A stretch of 62,765 nt of DNA from Verrucomicrobiota bacterium. Lineage in GTDB: Bacteria; Verrucomicrobiota; Verrucomicrobiia; Limisphaerales; SXQI01. Position 1 is the stretch's first letter, and each line of letters begins with the position of its first letter. Positions 10,329 through 19,503 of the stretch are shown piece after piece. Location: the NCBI GenBank assembly GCA_033762115.1, contig JANRLX010000050.1, positions 1 through 62,765 on the forward strand, given 5' to 3'. The notes below the pieces were generated by a model. The model worked only from the letters and a program-made list of their open reading frames with translations, made no database searches and had not been told where the DNA came from. Position numbers and translations under genes: made by a program.

Positions 10329-10526
10329 ATGGAACGTAAAGTTGCGATTGAAACCATTCAGCAGGCATGCAAAAGCATCGCTGTTGAATTGATGAAAATT
10401 CATCCGGCTGTTCCTGCGTTAAAGCAGAAAGGAACAGAGGATGCGCTCAATGAAACATTGTTGAGGATGACAGAGCAGCTCGAGTTGATTGCGAAACGGA
10501 TGGACCAGCTCGAAGGAAAACGGTGA
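10329..10526 (+). CDS. Small helical/coiled-coil hypothetical protein (65 aa)
   Basis: ATG 13 nt after ileS stop; protein-like composition; fills the gap before the next gene. Confidence 0.6.
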   Translation: MERKVAIETIQQACKSIAVELMKIHPAVPALKQKGTEDALNETLLRMTEQLELIAKRMDQLEGKR

Positions 10527-10596
10527 TGGGGTTCTGACATCCAACGGCACGGATTTGTGACTCGCGGAAAAATGCGTTTCACGTTACGGATAAGGG

Positions 10597-11796
10597 ATGA
10601 GCAAATGGGCGCTTTTGGTTCTGGTCGTGGCGGGTGTGGCAACTGGCAGGGCTGATGACTGGCCTCGCTGGCGGGGGATCAAGATTGATGGGATTACCAG
10701 GGAAACCAACTGGGTCTGGCCTGAAGGAGGTCCACAAAAAATCTGGCAGGCGAACGTGGGAACCGGTTTTTGCGCGGTGGCCGTTTCGCAGGGGCGATTG
10801 TTCACAATCGGCAACTCCAACAATGTGGAGACTGTCTGGGCGCTGGATGCGAAAACGGGGAAAAAATTGTGGAGCCATTCCTATCCGAGTGAAATCTGGC
10901 CGAACCTTTATGAAGGGGGACCAAACAGCACGCCGACAGTGGATGGAGAGACGGTTTACACGCTGGGACGGCATGGAGACCTGATCAGCTTTGATGCCGG
11001 AACAGGAAAAGTCATTTGGGAAAAACAGGTCCATCGCCACATGGGCTTTGAAAAGCCGCGCTGGGGATTCACCAGTCCAGCGCTCGTTTACGGCGATTGG
11101 ATCATCCTGAATGTGGGACGGTATGGGGCGGCATTTCGCAAGAAGGATGGAAGCCTTGTATGGGCAGGCAGCAAGAGGCCTTCAGCGTATGGCACGCCGA
11201 TGAAGATGACAGTGAATGGCAGCGAGGGTTTTGCCATTTTCACGCCTGACTCGATTGCAGGGATCACAGCAAAAGATGGCCTGGTGCATTGGGAGTTCCC
11301 GTGGAAGACGCAGTATGAGGTCAACACGATTGACCCGGTGGTGGTGGGAAATCGAGTGTTCCTCTCATCGCCGTATGGATTTGGAAATGGCGTCCTGGAA
11401 GTGAATGGCACGAATGTAACGGAGGTTTGGAAGCACAAGGATTTCAATCAGCATTTCGCGACGCCTGTTTTGGTTGAGGGTCACCTCTACGGCATTCATG
11501 GGAATGATAATAACGATGCACGATTAAAGTGTGTGGAGTTCAATACCGGCAGGATCAAATGGAGCCATGAAGGGCTGGGACTGGGGAACATCCTGGCTTC
11601 AGGAGATCGAATGATTCTTCTCTCAGACAGAGGGGAAGCAGGGTGGGCAAAAATTTCGACGGAGAGATTTGAATTGCAGGGGAAAACGCAATTGCTCGGC
11701 GGGAAATGCTGGACTCCGCCGGTGCTGGCGAATGGTTTGCTTTATTGCAGGAATGCCCGGGGCGACCTGGTCTGCGCACGGCTTGATCAGCGATGA
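10597..11796 (+). CDS. PQQ-like beta-propeller repeat protein (PVC-expanded BamB-like family)
   Basis: Signal peptide, DWPRWRG start, repeated ALDAKTGK.LW blades, WTPPVLANG.LY.RN end. Confidence 0.88.
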   Translation: MSKWALLVLVVAGVATGRADDWPRWRGIKIDGITRETNWVWPEGGPQKIWQANVGTGFCAVAVSQGRLFTIGNSNNVETVWALDAKTGKKLWSHSYPSEIWPNLYEGGPNSTPTVDGETVYTLGRHGDLISFDAGTGKVIWEKQVHRHMGFEKPRWGFTSPALVYGDWIILNVGRYGAAFRKKDGSLVWAGSKRPSAYGTPMKMTVNGSEGFAIFTPDSIAGITAKDGLVHWEFPWKTQYEVNTIDPVVVGNRVFLSSPYGFGNGVLEVNGTNVTEVWKHKDFNQHFATPVLVEGHLYGIHGNDNNDARLKCVEFNTGRIKWSHEGLGLGNILASGDRMILLSDRGEAGWAKISTERFELQGKTQLLGGKCWTPPVLANGLLYCRNARGDLVCARLDQR

Positions 11797-11808
11797 ATTC
11801 AACGGGGG

Positions 11809-13719
11809 TCAGATCACTCCACGTTTTTTGAGCATGGCGTCCATGGCTTTTTCCATGATCAAATCAGCGAGCGGAGTTGTTGCCTGATCGAGTTGCTGAT
11901 GAGCGGCCTTCAAAGCGGCGAGATCGCCGGTTTGGATCTCGGGATTTTCGGAGGCAAGAATCTGCTGAACCTGTTCCAGGGCGGCTTCAATGGAATGGCG
12001 ATCCTGCGGTTTTAGCTCCTGACCGAATTCAGCGAGGCTTTTCCTGGATGCTTCGACTGTTTCAGACACTCTCAATTTCATTTCGATCCAGCGGCGGGAA
12101 TGGAGGTCGTCGAAGGCATGTTCAACCGATTCCTCGACCATCTGCTGGACAGCGTCATCGGAAACATCAACGGCAGATTTCATTTCGATGAGCTTTTCCC
12201 GGCCGGTGTGGGTGTCGCGGGCGAGGACATGGAGGATGCCATTGGCATCAATTTCAAATTGCACACCGACTCGAGGGACACCGCGAGGGGCAGATTCGAA
12301 ATCAATGGTGAACTGGCCGAGGGACCAATTGTCTTTAGCCCTTTCCCGCTCACCCTGGAGAACATGAATCAACATGCTTTTCTGACGATCCACAGCGGTG
12401 GTGAAGAGCTCACCGGCCTTGATCGGAATGGTTGAGTTTCGGGGAATGATTACATTCATCAAGCCGCCGAACGTTTCAATGCCGAGGGAAAGCGGGGTCA
12501 CATCGAGCAGCAGCATGTTGCGAAATCCGCCAGAAAGGATTTCTCCCTGGATCGCGGCGCCCAGTGCGACGGCCTCGTCCGGATTTTGCGAACTGTTCAG
12601 GGCGGGGCCTTTACTTCTGTGATAATCGGCGCCGATCCTGAGTGTGCCTGTGACATTCTCAAAATCGGCGCATTGGAACCATTCAGCAACGAGTTGTCGC
12701 ACCAGCGGCATGCGTGTCTGTCCGCCGACGAGGATGACCTGATCGAGGTCTTTCGCCTCAAGTTTTGCGTCCGCGAGAGAACGCAGGCAATGGATACGGG
12801 TGCGCTCGATGAGATCCCGCGTCAAGGTTTCCAGTTCGGTGCGGGTCAGCAGATATTGAAAGCTGTATGAGGTGGTGAGGAATGGAAGGGTGATTTCTGT
12901 TTCCAATTCCGTGGACAATTTGATTTTTGCCGCTTCCGCCGCTTCGCGAACGCGGGAATTGAGGATGGCATCGGCCAGAATATCGGGCCCTCCGGTTTGA
13001 AGGATGCGCCTGGCGAGGAACTCCAGCAGCCGCTGGTCGAGGTCATCCCCGCCCAGCCGGGTATTGCCGTTGGTGGCGAGCACCTGAAAAACTCCTTCGC
13101 GCAACTCGAGGATAGAAAGGTCAAAGGTGCCGCCGCCGAGATCATACACCGCGATTTTCGATTTTTCCGTGAGACGATCCAATCCGTAAGCGAGGGCAGC
13201 GGCGGTGGGTTCATTGATGATTCGTTCGACGGTGAATCCTGCGAGTTCACCGGCCCGTTTGGTGGCGGTTCTTTGGGCGTCATTAAAGTATGCGGGAACC
13301 GTGATCACCGCACGGGAAATGGTTTCGCCGAGGGATGATTCGGCATCGCTTTTTAATTTTCGCAGAATTTCCGCGCTGACCTCTTCGGGAGTGATCGATT
13401 GGCCGTTGATCTCGAGTTGAACAGGATTTGAGCCGGTTGCACGAACTGGATAGTTCACTTTCAACTCCTCGGGGCTGATTTCCTGCCCGCGACGGCCCAT
13501 GAATCTTTTAACTGAATAAACGGTCTGGGTCGGTTTCACTGCGCGGACATGGCTGGCAGGATGGCCGACAACAGCGGCGGCACCGGGCGCGGAATAATGA
13601 ACCACAGAAGGAGTCAGGCGCCGACCTTCGCCATCGGCGAGGACAATCGGGATGCCAGAGTCCACGATGGCCACGAGTGAATTTGTGGTGCCAAGATCTA
13701 TTCCAACGATTCTGCTCAT
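11809..13719 (-). CDS. Hsp70 family chaperone, HscA-like DnaK paralogue
   Basis: IVGIDLGTTNS, TVPAYFND, EPTAAALAYG, DLGGGTFD, LLLDVTPLSLG; HscA-like short C-terminus. Confidence 0.9.
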   Translation of the reverse strand: MSRIVGIDLGTTNSLVAIVDSGIPIVLADGEGRRLTPSVVHYSAPGAAAVVGHPASHVRAVKPTQTVYSVKRFMGRRGQEISPEELKVNYPVRATGSNPVQLEINGQSITPEEVSAEILRKLKSDAESSLGETISRAVITVPAYFNDAQRTATKRAGELAGFTVERIINEPTAAALAYGLDRLTEKSKIAVYDLGGGTFDLSILELREGVFQVLATNGNTRLGGDDLDQRLLEFLARRILQTGGPDILADAILNSRVREAAEAAKIKLSTELETEITLPFLTTSYSFQYLLTRTELETLTRDLIERTRIHCLRSLADAKLEAKDLDQVILVGGQTRMPLVRQLVAEWFQCADFENVTGTLRIGADYHRSKGPALNSSQNPDEAVALGAAIQGEILSGGFRNMLLLDVTPLSLGIETFGGLMNVIIPRNSTIPIKAGELFTTAVDRQKSMLIHVLQGERERAKDNWSLGQFTIDFESAPRGVPRVGVQFEIDANGILHVLARDTHTGREKLIEMKSAVDVSDDAVQQMVEESVEHAFDDLHSRRWIEMKLRVSETVEASRKSLAEFGQELKPQDRHSIEAALEQVQQILASENPEIQTGDLAALKAAHQQLDQATTPLADLIMEKAMDAMLKKRGVI

Positions 13720-13866
13720 CTGCAATGAGGATAATGGCAGAGAAATTTTGCGGCGGCGAGCCAGAGGAGATATTTGCAAAATGATGGTGAAGGGGGTGGA
13801 GCTTTGGAAAAGAGAGTGGATATTAACGTTGTCGAGAGGAGAAATTTTTTTCACCGTGATACGGAA

Positions 13867-14400
13867 ATGGCGAAGTCTGCGTTAGGACGTGGTTTGGGAG
13901 AGTTGATGAATGGCGATGCGGCAAATGGCAGCGTCCGTTCAGTTCATGAGCTTTCGGAGGGAAATCCGCCACCCTTAAGTCGGGGAGTAAAAAATTTGCT
14001 GGAGCAAAGCCCGAATAAAAGCATTTCGGCGCCTTCGATTTCTTCCGCCGCTGGCGGAACCAAAACTCCACCTGGCCGCAAGCCGTTTCGCAAGGTGACT
14101 GTGGCTCCGCTGGAGGATGTCAGGACTGAACGTGTGGTTGGATCCTCTTCCTCGCTGAGATACTGGCTGCTGGATGGAGTCATGCTGCTGGGTTCTGTGG
14201 CGATTATTCTGTTAAGAGGGGCGCCTGGCTGGCCTGAATGGCTGGTGGCAAGCGTCTTCCTGATGGTGGGATGCTGGAGCGGAATTCAGGGGGTCAAAAA
14301 GTCTGCGCGGGCAGAAGCAAATGCGGCTGTCAAACCAGCCGCAAGCCAACGGGCAACGAATCTCCCATTGCGCGCGCTGCGTCCGCAGATTCTAAAGTGA
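13867..14400 (+). CDS. Hypothetical membrane protein with ParB-like N-terminal peptide(s)
   Basis: MAKSALGRGLGELM start, disordered linker, two hydrophobic helices, basic tail. Confidence 0.7.
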   Translation: MAKSALGRGLGELMNGDAANGSVRSVHELSEGNPPPLSRGVKNLLEQSPNKSISAPSISSAAGGTKTPPGRKPFRKVTVAPLEDVRTERVVGSSSSLRYWLLDGVMLLGSVAIILLRGAPGWPEWLVASVFLMVGCWSGIQGVKKSARAEANAAVKPAASQRATNLPLRALRPQILK

Positions 14401-17062
14401 GTGGTTCAAGCAGCAGTTGCCTCCAGATGGGAGGAGCATCAGCAGCTTCAAGCCGTGCCAGAATTTCGCCGCGAGTGGATTCCTGAACATCCCGAATGCG
14501 GTCGCCGGTTTTACGAGCAATTTGAAGGAGAGTAAAAGCGCCGCCATCAAGGCGCTCAATGTTGAGGTCGAGCAGGCGGGTGATCCATCCTTCAATGATG
14601 TGCGGCTCCAGGACCGAATCGATTCCAGCGTAAACCGGCAGGCGTGCGCCGATTCGCCCCAAGGCCCAGAGAAGCGGGCCAGCGTTTGGCTTGTCCGGCT
14701 GGCGTAATGATTCGAGAAGCCAGTCGCCCAACAATTGCTTTTCTGAAAGTGGGATCAGTTCCAAAGCACCTGCGAGGCGGATCATCTCGTCACTTCCCTC
14801 GAATTTTGGGCCGCCCGGAGCTTTTCGTGTTCCCGGGAGCAATCGTGTTTCGAGATGCGGCTTCAATGTTTCCCAGATCCGGACTTGTTCTGCACGCTGG
14901 ATGCCTCCGGAAATGCGCCGCCAGAAAATCCAGAATTCGTTCCAGACCGGTTTTTCTTTCTGGTTTTCTATCCCTTGTGAAAAGAGTTTGAAGACCTGCT
15001 CCACCCGCCAGGAATCCAACGGATAACCGTAGCCGGGACGAAGGGTGTATCCGAGAAGCTGGAAAAATATTCTTTCATGATCAGCGGACTTGCGGCGACG
15101 GCCGGATTGTTCAATCACGGTTTCCGCCAATTCCCTGAGCGTGGTGACTGGCCAGTTTTCCCGGCCTCCCAACTGTTTCTCCAATGCGGTCCAAAGTTGC
15201 CTGATGGATTTGGGCGCCTCTGCCGCAGTTTTACCGGTGAACACCGCTTCGATGAATGATTTTGCGATGATTGCAGAGGGTGGTAAAGACCTTGTGGCCA
15301 CGATGGGATTGTTGGAAACGACAGTGGAACGGGTGTCGAACTCCAGTTTCCATTGTTCCCCGGTTTTATCAGACACGCACCAGAGTTCGAGGGTTCCAAC
15401 TTCCGTAAGTTTGGCGCGGAGGAAGACCTGCATTTGCGTGAAATGCTTTTGGACTGGCCGAATGATCGTGCGCAATGGAGGAAGCGCCTGAAGTGAAGCG
15501 AGGTCAGAGAGCACAGTCCCCGGTTTATCAAAACGATCACCTGAATCGAAATAGAGTGGAACCTGAACCGGTTGCCCCACGGTCAGGAAGAGCGGACGTT
15601 CCTTGAGTTCGACCATGTCCCCTTCCTCAAGGCCTTTCGGCAGGATGCATACCGCGGATGTTCCTTCGGCGGTTGCCAGTCCGAGATAAAAGGAGCGGGA
15701 AGTTCCGCTGCTGATCCGCTTTCCCTGACCGCGACGAACCAGCCCGTAATAGGCTGCACCCCTGGCCACAGCCAGGTCGAGCGAGCGATGCTGCAGGATG
15801 CGGATCGGTTCGGCGGCAGGCCACCAGCTCGACAGGACAATGGCAAGTCGCTGAGCAATTTGCGTGGAGTTGAACACACCACCGTTCAAAAGAATGGCAT
15901 CAGGCCGGGGGAGGCCGTCACTTTTTTCACCCAGGGCAGCGAATGCATCGTCCTGGTGCTGTTTCAAAAAGGAATAAATGTGGCGGGTGATGGCGGGATC
16001 ACTGGCGTAAGGCAGGCCGAGTTCACGAATTCCTGTCCGGGCTGACTGGATGGCAGGTTCCGGCGCGGCTGGGAAAAAACCGTCCAGCAAAATCTCCTCG
16101 ACTTGTGCGCGGGTGAATTTCACAGAGATTGATTTGCCAAGTAACTGGCTCCCTTCCGGCATGAGGGACAAGGTGTGATCAGGAGGACTTGCTTCGCCGA
16201 GGAGCGCTTCCTTGGCTTCACGAGCCAGTTGAATCAGTTGGGTCCATTGCGTGGCTGAAATCTTCCTGCCGGATTGGGTGAGTTGTTGCTCCGCCACCCT
16301 CGCCAGTGCCGCATCCATATTGTCACCACCAAGCATCAAGTGCTCCCCCACTGCAATGCGTGTGAGGGAGGGGCCAGCTTCTCCAAGCTCAATTTTGATG
16401 AGAGTCAGATCTGTGGTGCCGCCGCCAACATCGACCACCAGCACCAGGCGAACAGATTCCAAAGTTTTCTGAAGATTATTCTGTTGGTGAGAAAGAAAGT
16501 GATAAAAAGCAGCCTGCGGTTCTTCAAGCAGGGTGAACGATTCAAATCCCGCCTCCCTCGCCGCTTTCACAGTCAGGCCGCGAGCTGCTTCATCAAATGA
16601 AGCCGGAACTGTAATGACGACAGCCTGTTTTTCCAGGGGATCGGAAGGGTGACTTTGTTTCCATGCCTGGGCGATGTGCCTCAGAAGGAGAGTCGAGGCG
16701 AGAACAGGTGAGATTTTCTGGGAATCGCGGGAAGCACCCCAGGGGAGAATGGGGGCATTGCGGTCAATATCCGGATGGCAGAGCCAGCTTTTTGCGGAAA
16801 AAACCAGCCTCCCCGGAACTCGCGCCCCGCGCCAGCGGGCATATTCCCCGCAAATCCATGATCCTTGCAACATCTGCAGAGAACCCATTTCTTCAGGGAG
16901 AGGTGCATAGAGAAAGGAAGGCAGCAATGGCCTGGCGAGCGCTTCGCCTGCCCTGAAAGATTGCAGAATAGGAAAATCGAGGATTTCACCGGAGGGAGGG
17001 CTGGATTGGGCAACGGCAGAGTTGGAAGTGCCGAGATCGATCCCAATAACGAAATTGGCCAT
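14330..17062 (-). CDS. Atypical Hsp70 with C-terminal DUF3731-like domain
   Basis: IGIDLGTSNS, SAKSWLCH, TVPASFDE, EEPQAAFY, DVGGGTTD, LRPGYGYPLD.WR, WRRISGG. Confidence 0.85.
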   Translation of the reverse strand: MANFVIGIDLGTSNSAVAQSSPPSGEILDFPILQSFRAGEALARPLLPSFLYAPLPEEMGSLQMLQGSWICGEYARWRGARVPGRLVFSAKSWLCHPDIDRNAPILPWGASRDSQKISPVLASTLLLRHIAQAWKQSHPSDPLEKQAVVITVPASFDEAARGLTVKAAREAGFESFTLLEEPQAAFYHFLSHQQNNLQKTLESVRLVLVVDVGGGTTDLTLIKIELGEAGPSLTRIAVGEHLMLGGDNMDAALARVAEQQLTQSGRKISATQWTQLIQLAREAKEALLGEASPPDHTLSLMPEGSQLLGKSISVKFTRAQVEEILLDGFFPAAPEPAIQSARTGIRELGLPYASDPAITRHIYSFLKQHQDDAFAALGEKSDGLPRPDAILLNGGVFNSTQIAQRLAIVLSSWWPAAEPIRILQHRSLDLAVARGAAYYGLVRRGQGKRISSGTSRSFYLGLATAEGTSAVCILPKGLEEGDMVELKERPLFLTVGQPVQVPLYFDSGDRFDKPGTVLSDLASLQALPPLRTIIRPVQKHFTQMQVFLRAKLTEVGTLELWCVSDKTGEQWKLEFDTRSTVVSNNPIVATRSLPPSAIIAKSFIEAVFTGKTAAEAPKSIRQLWTALEKQLGGRENWPVTTLRELAETVIEQSGRRRKSADHERIFFQLLGYTLRPGYGYPLDSWRVEQVFKLFSQGIENQKEKPVWNEFWIFWRRISGGIQRAEQVRIWETLKPHLETRLLPGTRKAPGGPKFEGSDEMIRLAGALELIPLSEKQLLGDWLLESLRQPDKPNAGPLLWALGRIGARLPVYAGIDSVLEPHIIEGWITRLLDLNIERLDGGAFTLLQIARKTGDRIRDVQESTRGEILARLEAADAPPIWRQLLLEPLTLESADAARAMGDSLPVGLRLV

Positions 17063-17089
17063 GCCGATGGTAGCTGCTATTATATACAG

Positions 17090-18994
17090 TTAAGGTGTGG
17101 TTTCCTGGACCGGACCCCGTTTCATTGCCACTAACAACAAACTGATGTCCGCAGGTGAGACTCCACTGATTCGAGCGGCCTGACCGATGGTCGCAGGTTT
17201 CATCTTGCCCAGTTTGATCCGGGCCTCCTTTCTCAGGCTGGGGACTTTCTCGAAGTCGAGCCATGAAGGTATCTGCTTGGATTCCAATGATTTGGACTTC
17301 TCAACGTCATCTTCCTGACGATGAATATACCCGGCATATTTGACCAGAATTTCGACCTGCTGCCGAACTTCCTCACTGAGCGAGGCATCCTGTTTTGGGA
17401 GATCCTTGTAGGAGAGTTCCGGTCGTTTAAGAAGTTGTTCGAGTGTGGTGGGACCGTCGCGGACTGTTCGTAATCGCATCAGCTCCTGATCGATGGCCGT
17501 TCGTTTTTCTTCGAATTGTTTAAAATTCCTGGCTGGCAGCAGACCTATGCCGTGGCCGATTTCGGACAGGCGCAGATCGGCATTATCCTGTCGCAGAAGC
17601 AATCGATACTCCGCCCTGGAAGTGAACATCCGGTACGGTTCAGTGGTGCCTTTGGTCACCAGGTCATCGATCAACACACCGATATAAGCCTGATCACGAC
17701 GAAGTAGCAAAGGTTCCTTTTGCTGCACGCGTCTGGCAGCGTTGATGCCTGCGATCAAACCTTGAGCACCCGCTTCTTCGTAACCTGAAGTGCCATTGAT
17801 CTGACCGGCAAGAAAGAGATTTCGGCAGACTTTTGTTTCAAGAGAGGAAAATAGCTGGGTGGGGAACGCAAAATCATATTCCACCGCGTAGGCCGGGCGG
17901 AGGATTTCCGCATTTTCGCAGCCGATAATGGTGCGGACCAGTTGCACCTGCACTTCATAGGGCAGACAGGTGGAAAAACCGTTGATATAGATTTCTTCGG
18001 TAGCAATTCCTTCAGGCTCCAGGAAGATCTGATGCCGCTCCTTATCAGGAAATTTGACGATCTTATCTTCAATAGAGGGACAATAGCGAGGGCCCACCCC
18101 TTCAATGACCCCTGAATACATGGGAGATTTATGAAGATTCGCGCGGATTTCGCAGGCTGTTTGCTCAGTGGTGAAGGTGATGTAACAGGGAAGCTGCCCG
18201 TTCAACCGGTCGAGAATGGAGCCGGGAGGATATTTGCCGTTGGAATGGCCGATATCGAGCGGGTTGATCTGGGAATGTTCCACGTGGAACAGATCCTCCT
18301 TCCAATAGGTAAAATAGGGGATCGGTTCATCACCGGGCTGGATTTCCGTTTTGGAAAAGTCAATCGAACGTCGATTCAGCCGGGGTGGAGTCCCGGTCTT
18401 GAGCCGCCCCAATTCCAACCCTGCCTCACGCAAGGAGTCTGACAGGTTCATTGCGGCGGATTCCCCCGAACGCCCTCCGGACTGTTGATTGGATCCGATA
18501 TGCATCAAGCCGCGAAGAAAGGTCCCGGTGGTAACGACCACGGTTTTTCCCATGTATCGGACCTCCAGGGTCGTTTCGACCCCATGAACCTGACCCTCTT
18601 TAAGAACCAGCCGGGCAGCCTGACCTTGCTTGATATCGAGATTTTCCTGCCGTTCACAAATCCATTTTAACCGGAACTGGTAAGCCTTTTTATCGCACTG
18701 GGCGCGAGGCGCCCAAACCGAAGGGCCTTTTTTCGTATTAAGCATCCGGAACTGGAGCCCGGTCATATCGGTTGCTTTGCCCATTTCCCCGCCGAGGGCA
18801 TCGATTTCACGAGTTAAATGCCCTTTGGCCAGACCGCCGATGGCGGGATTGCAGGACATCTGTCCGATGGTGTCAATGTTGATGGAAAGCAGGAGGGTTT
18901 TGCAGCCCATACGGGCAGAAGCGAGGGCGGCCTCGACACCGGCATGACCCGCGCCCAGAACAATGACATCATACTCGACAGGATAAACGTACAT
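17090..18994 (-). CDS. mnmG: tRNA uridine-5-carboxymethylaminomethyl(34) synthesis enzyme MnmG (GidA)
   Basis: GAGHAGVEAA, MSCNPAIGG, GPRYCPSIEDK, GQINGTSGYEEA; start trimmed to MYVYP. Confidence 0.97.
   Translation of the reverse strand: MYVYPVEYDVIVLGAGHAGVEAALASARMGCKTLLLSINIDTIGQMSCNPAIGGLAKGHLTREIDALGGEMGKATDMTGLQFRMLNTKKGPSVWAPRAQCDKKAYQFRLKWICERQENLDIKQGQAARLVLKEGQVHGVETTLEVRYMGKTVVVTTGTFLRGLMHIGSNQQSGGRSGESAAMNLSDSLREAGLELGRLKTGTPPRLNRRSIDFSKTEIQPGDEPIPYFTYWKEDLFHVEHSQINPLDIGHSNGKYPPGSILDRLNGQLPCYITFTTEQTACEIRANLHKSPMYSGVIEGVGPRYCPSIEDKIVKFPDKERHQIFLEPEGIATEEIYINGFSTCLPYEVQVQLVRTIIGCENAEILRPAYAVEYDFAFPTQLFSSLETKVCRNLFLAGQINGTSGYEEAGAQGLIAGINAARRVQQKEPLLLRRDQAYIGVLIDDLVTKGTTEPYRMFTSRAEYRLLLRQDNADLRLSEIGHGIGLLPARNFKQFEEKRTAIDQELMRLRTVRDGPTTLEQLLKRPELSYKDLPKQDASLSEEVRQQVEILVKYAGYIHRQEDDVEKSKSLESKQIPSWLDFEKVPSLRKEARIKLGKMKPATIGQAARISGVSPADISLLLVAMKRGPVQETTP
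18276..18291. other. parS site inside mnmG
   Basis: Perfect palindrome TGTTCCACGTGGAACA matching the parS consensus. Confidence 0.85.
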
Positions 18995-19055
18995 AGGTCG
19001 AACAGGGTTCAAGGTTAGCAGAGAGAGTAACTGGGAACAAATGGGAAAAGCTGAT

Positions 19056-19071
19056 TGTTCCACGTGGAACA
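19056..19071. other. parS site between mnmG and the dUTPase gene
   Basis: Second perfect TGTTCCACGTGGAACA. Confidence 0.9.
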
Positions 19072-19120
19072 TCTCCTTCTTTCTGCTTGATCGTGGCTGC
19101 GCAGGAGTAATCCTTCGGGG

Positions 19121-19501
19121 ATGGATACACCCGACCAATTACGCGAGCTGTTCCGAATGCAAAAAGCCCTCAATGAACGCATCGGAGTCAAAACCGACAG
19201 CATGACCGAGGAGGAGAAAACGAAATGGGTGCTTAACTATTGTCGCGCCATGTCACAGGAAATGGCGGAGCTCACTGATAGTGTTCCCTGGAAATGGTGG
19301 GCCAAATATCAGAAATTTGATGAACAGAACGCGCGAGTGGAAGTGGTTGATCTGTTCCATTTTTTGATCAGCATCGCGCAGGTTTTGGGGATGAGCGCAG
19401 ATGATGTGTTCCAGGCATACGTCAAGAAGAATGAGGTGAATTTCAAACGGCAGGAGAGCGGTTATACCCAGAAAGACCACACGGATTCGCAGCATATTTG
19501 A
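19121..19501 (+). CDS. Dimeric (all-alpha) dUTPase family protein
   Basis: EMAELTDSVPWKWW, EVVDLFHFLIS, KNEVN..RQ..GY motifs. Confidence 0.85.
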   Translation: MDTPDQLRELFRMQKALNERIGVKTDSMTEEEKTKWVLNYCRAMSQEMAELTDSVPWKWWAKYQKFDEQNARVEVVDLFHFLISIAQVLGMSADDVFQAYVKKNEVNFKRQESGYTQKDHTDSQHI

Positions 19502-19503
19502 TC

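Noticed and set aside
17074..17089. CTGCTATTATATACAG matches the E. coli SOS box CTG-N10-CAG
   Set aside because: The described Verrucomicrobia LexA motif is TGTTC-N4-GAACA. This site is better explained as a minus-strand TATAAT upstream of the Hsp70 gene.
19056..19071. Palindromes as Verrucomicrobia LexA boxes
   Set aside because: Spacing is TGTTC-N6-GAACA, not N4, and the 16-mer is an exact parS consensus.
18995..19138. N-terminal extension of MnmG containing MFHVEQ
   Set aside because: This is translation through the intergenic parS; homology starts at MYVYP (18994).
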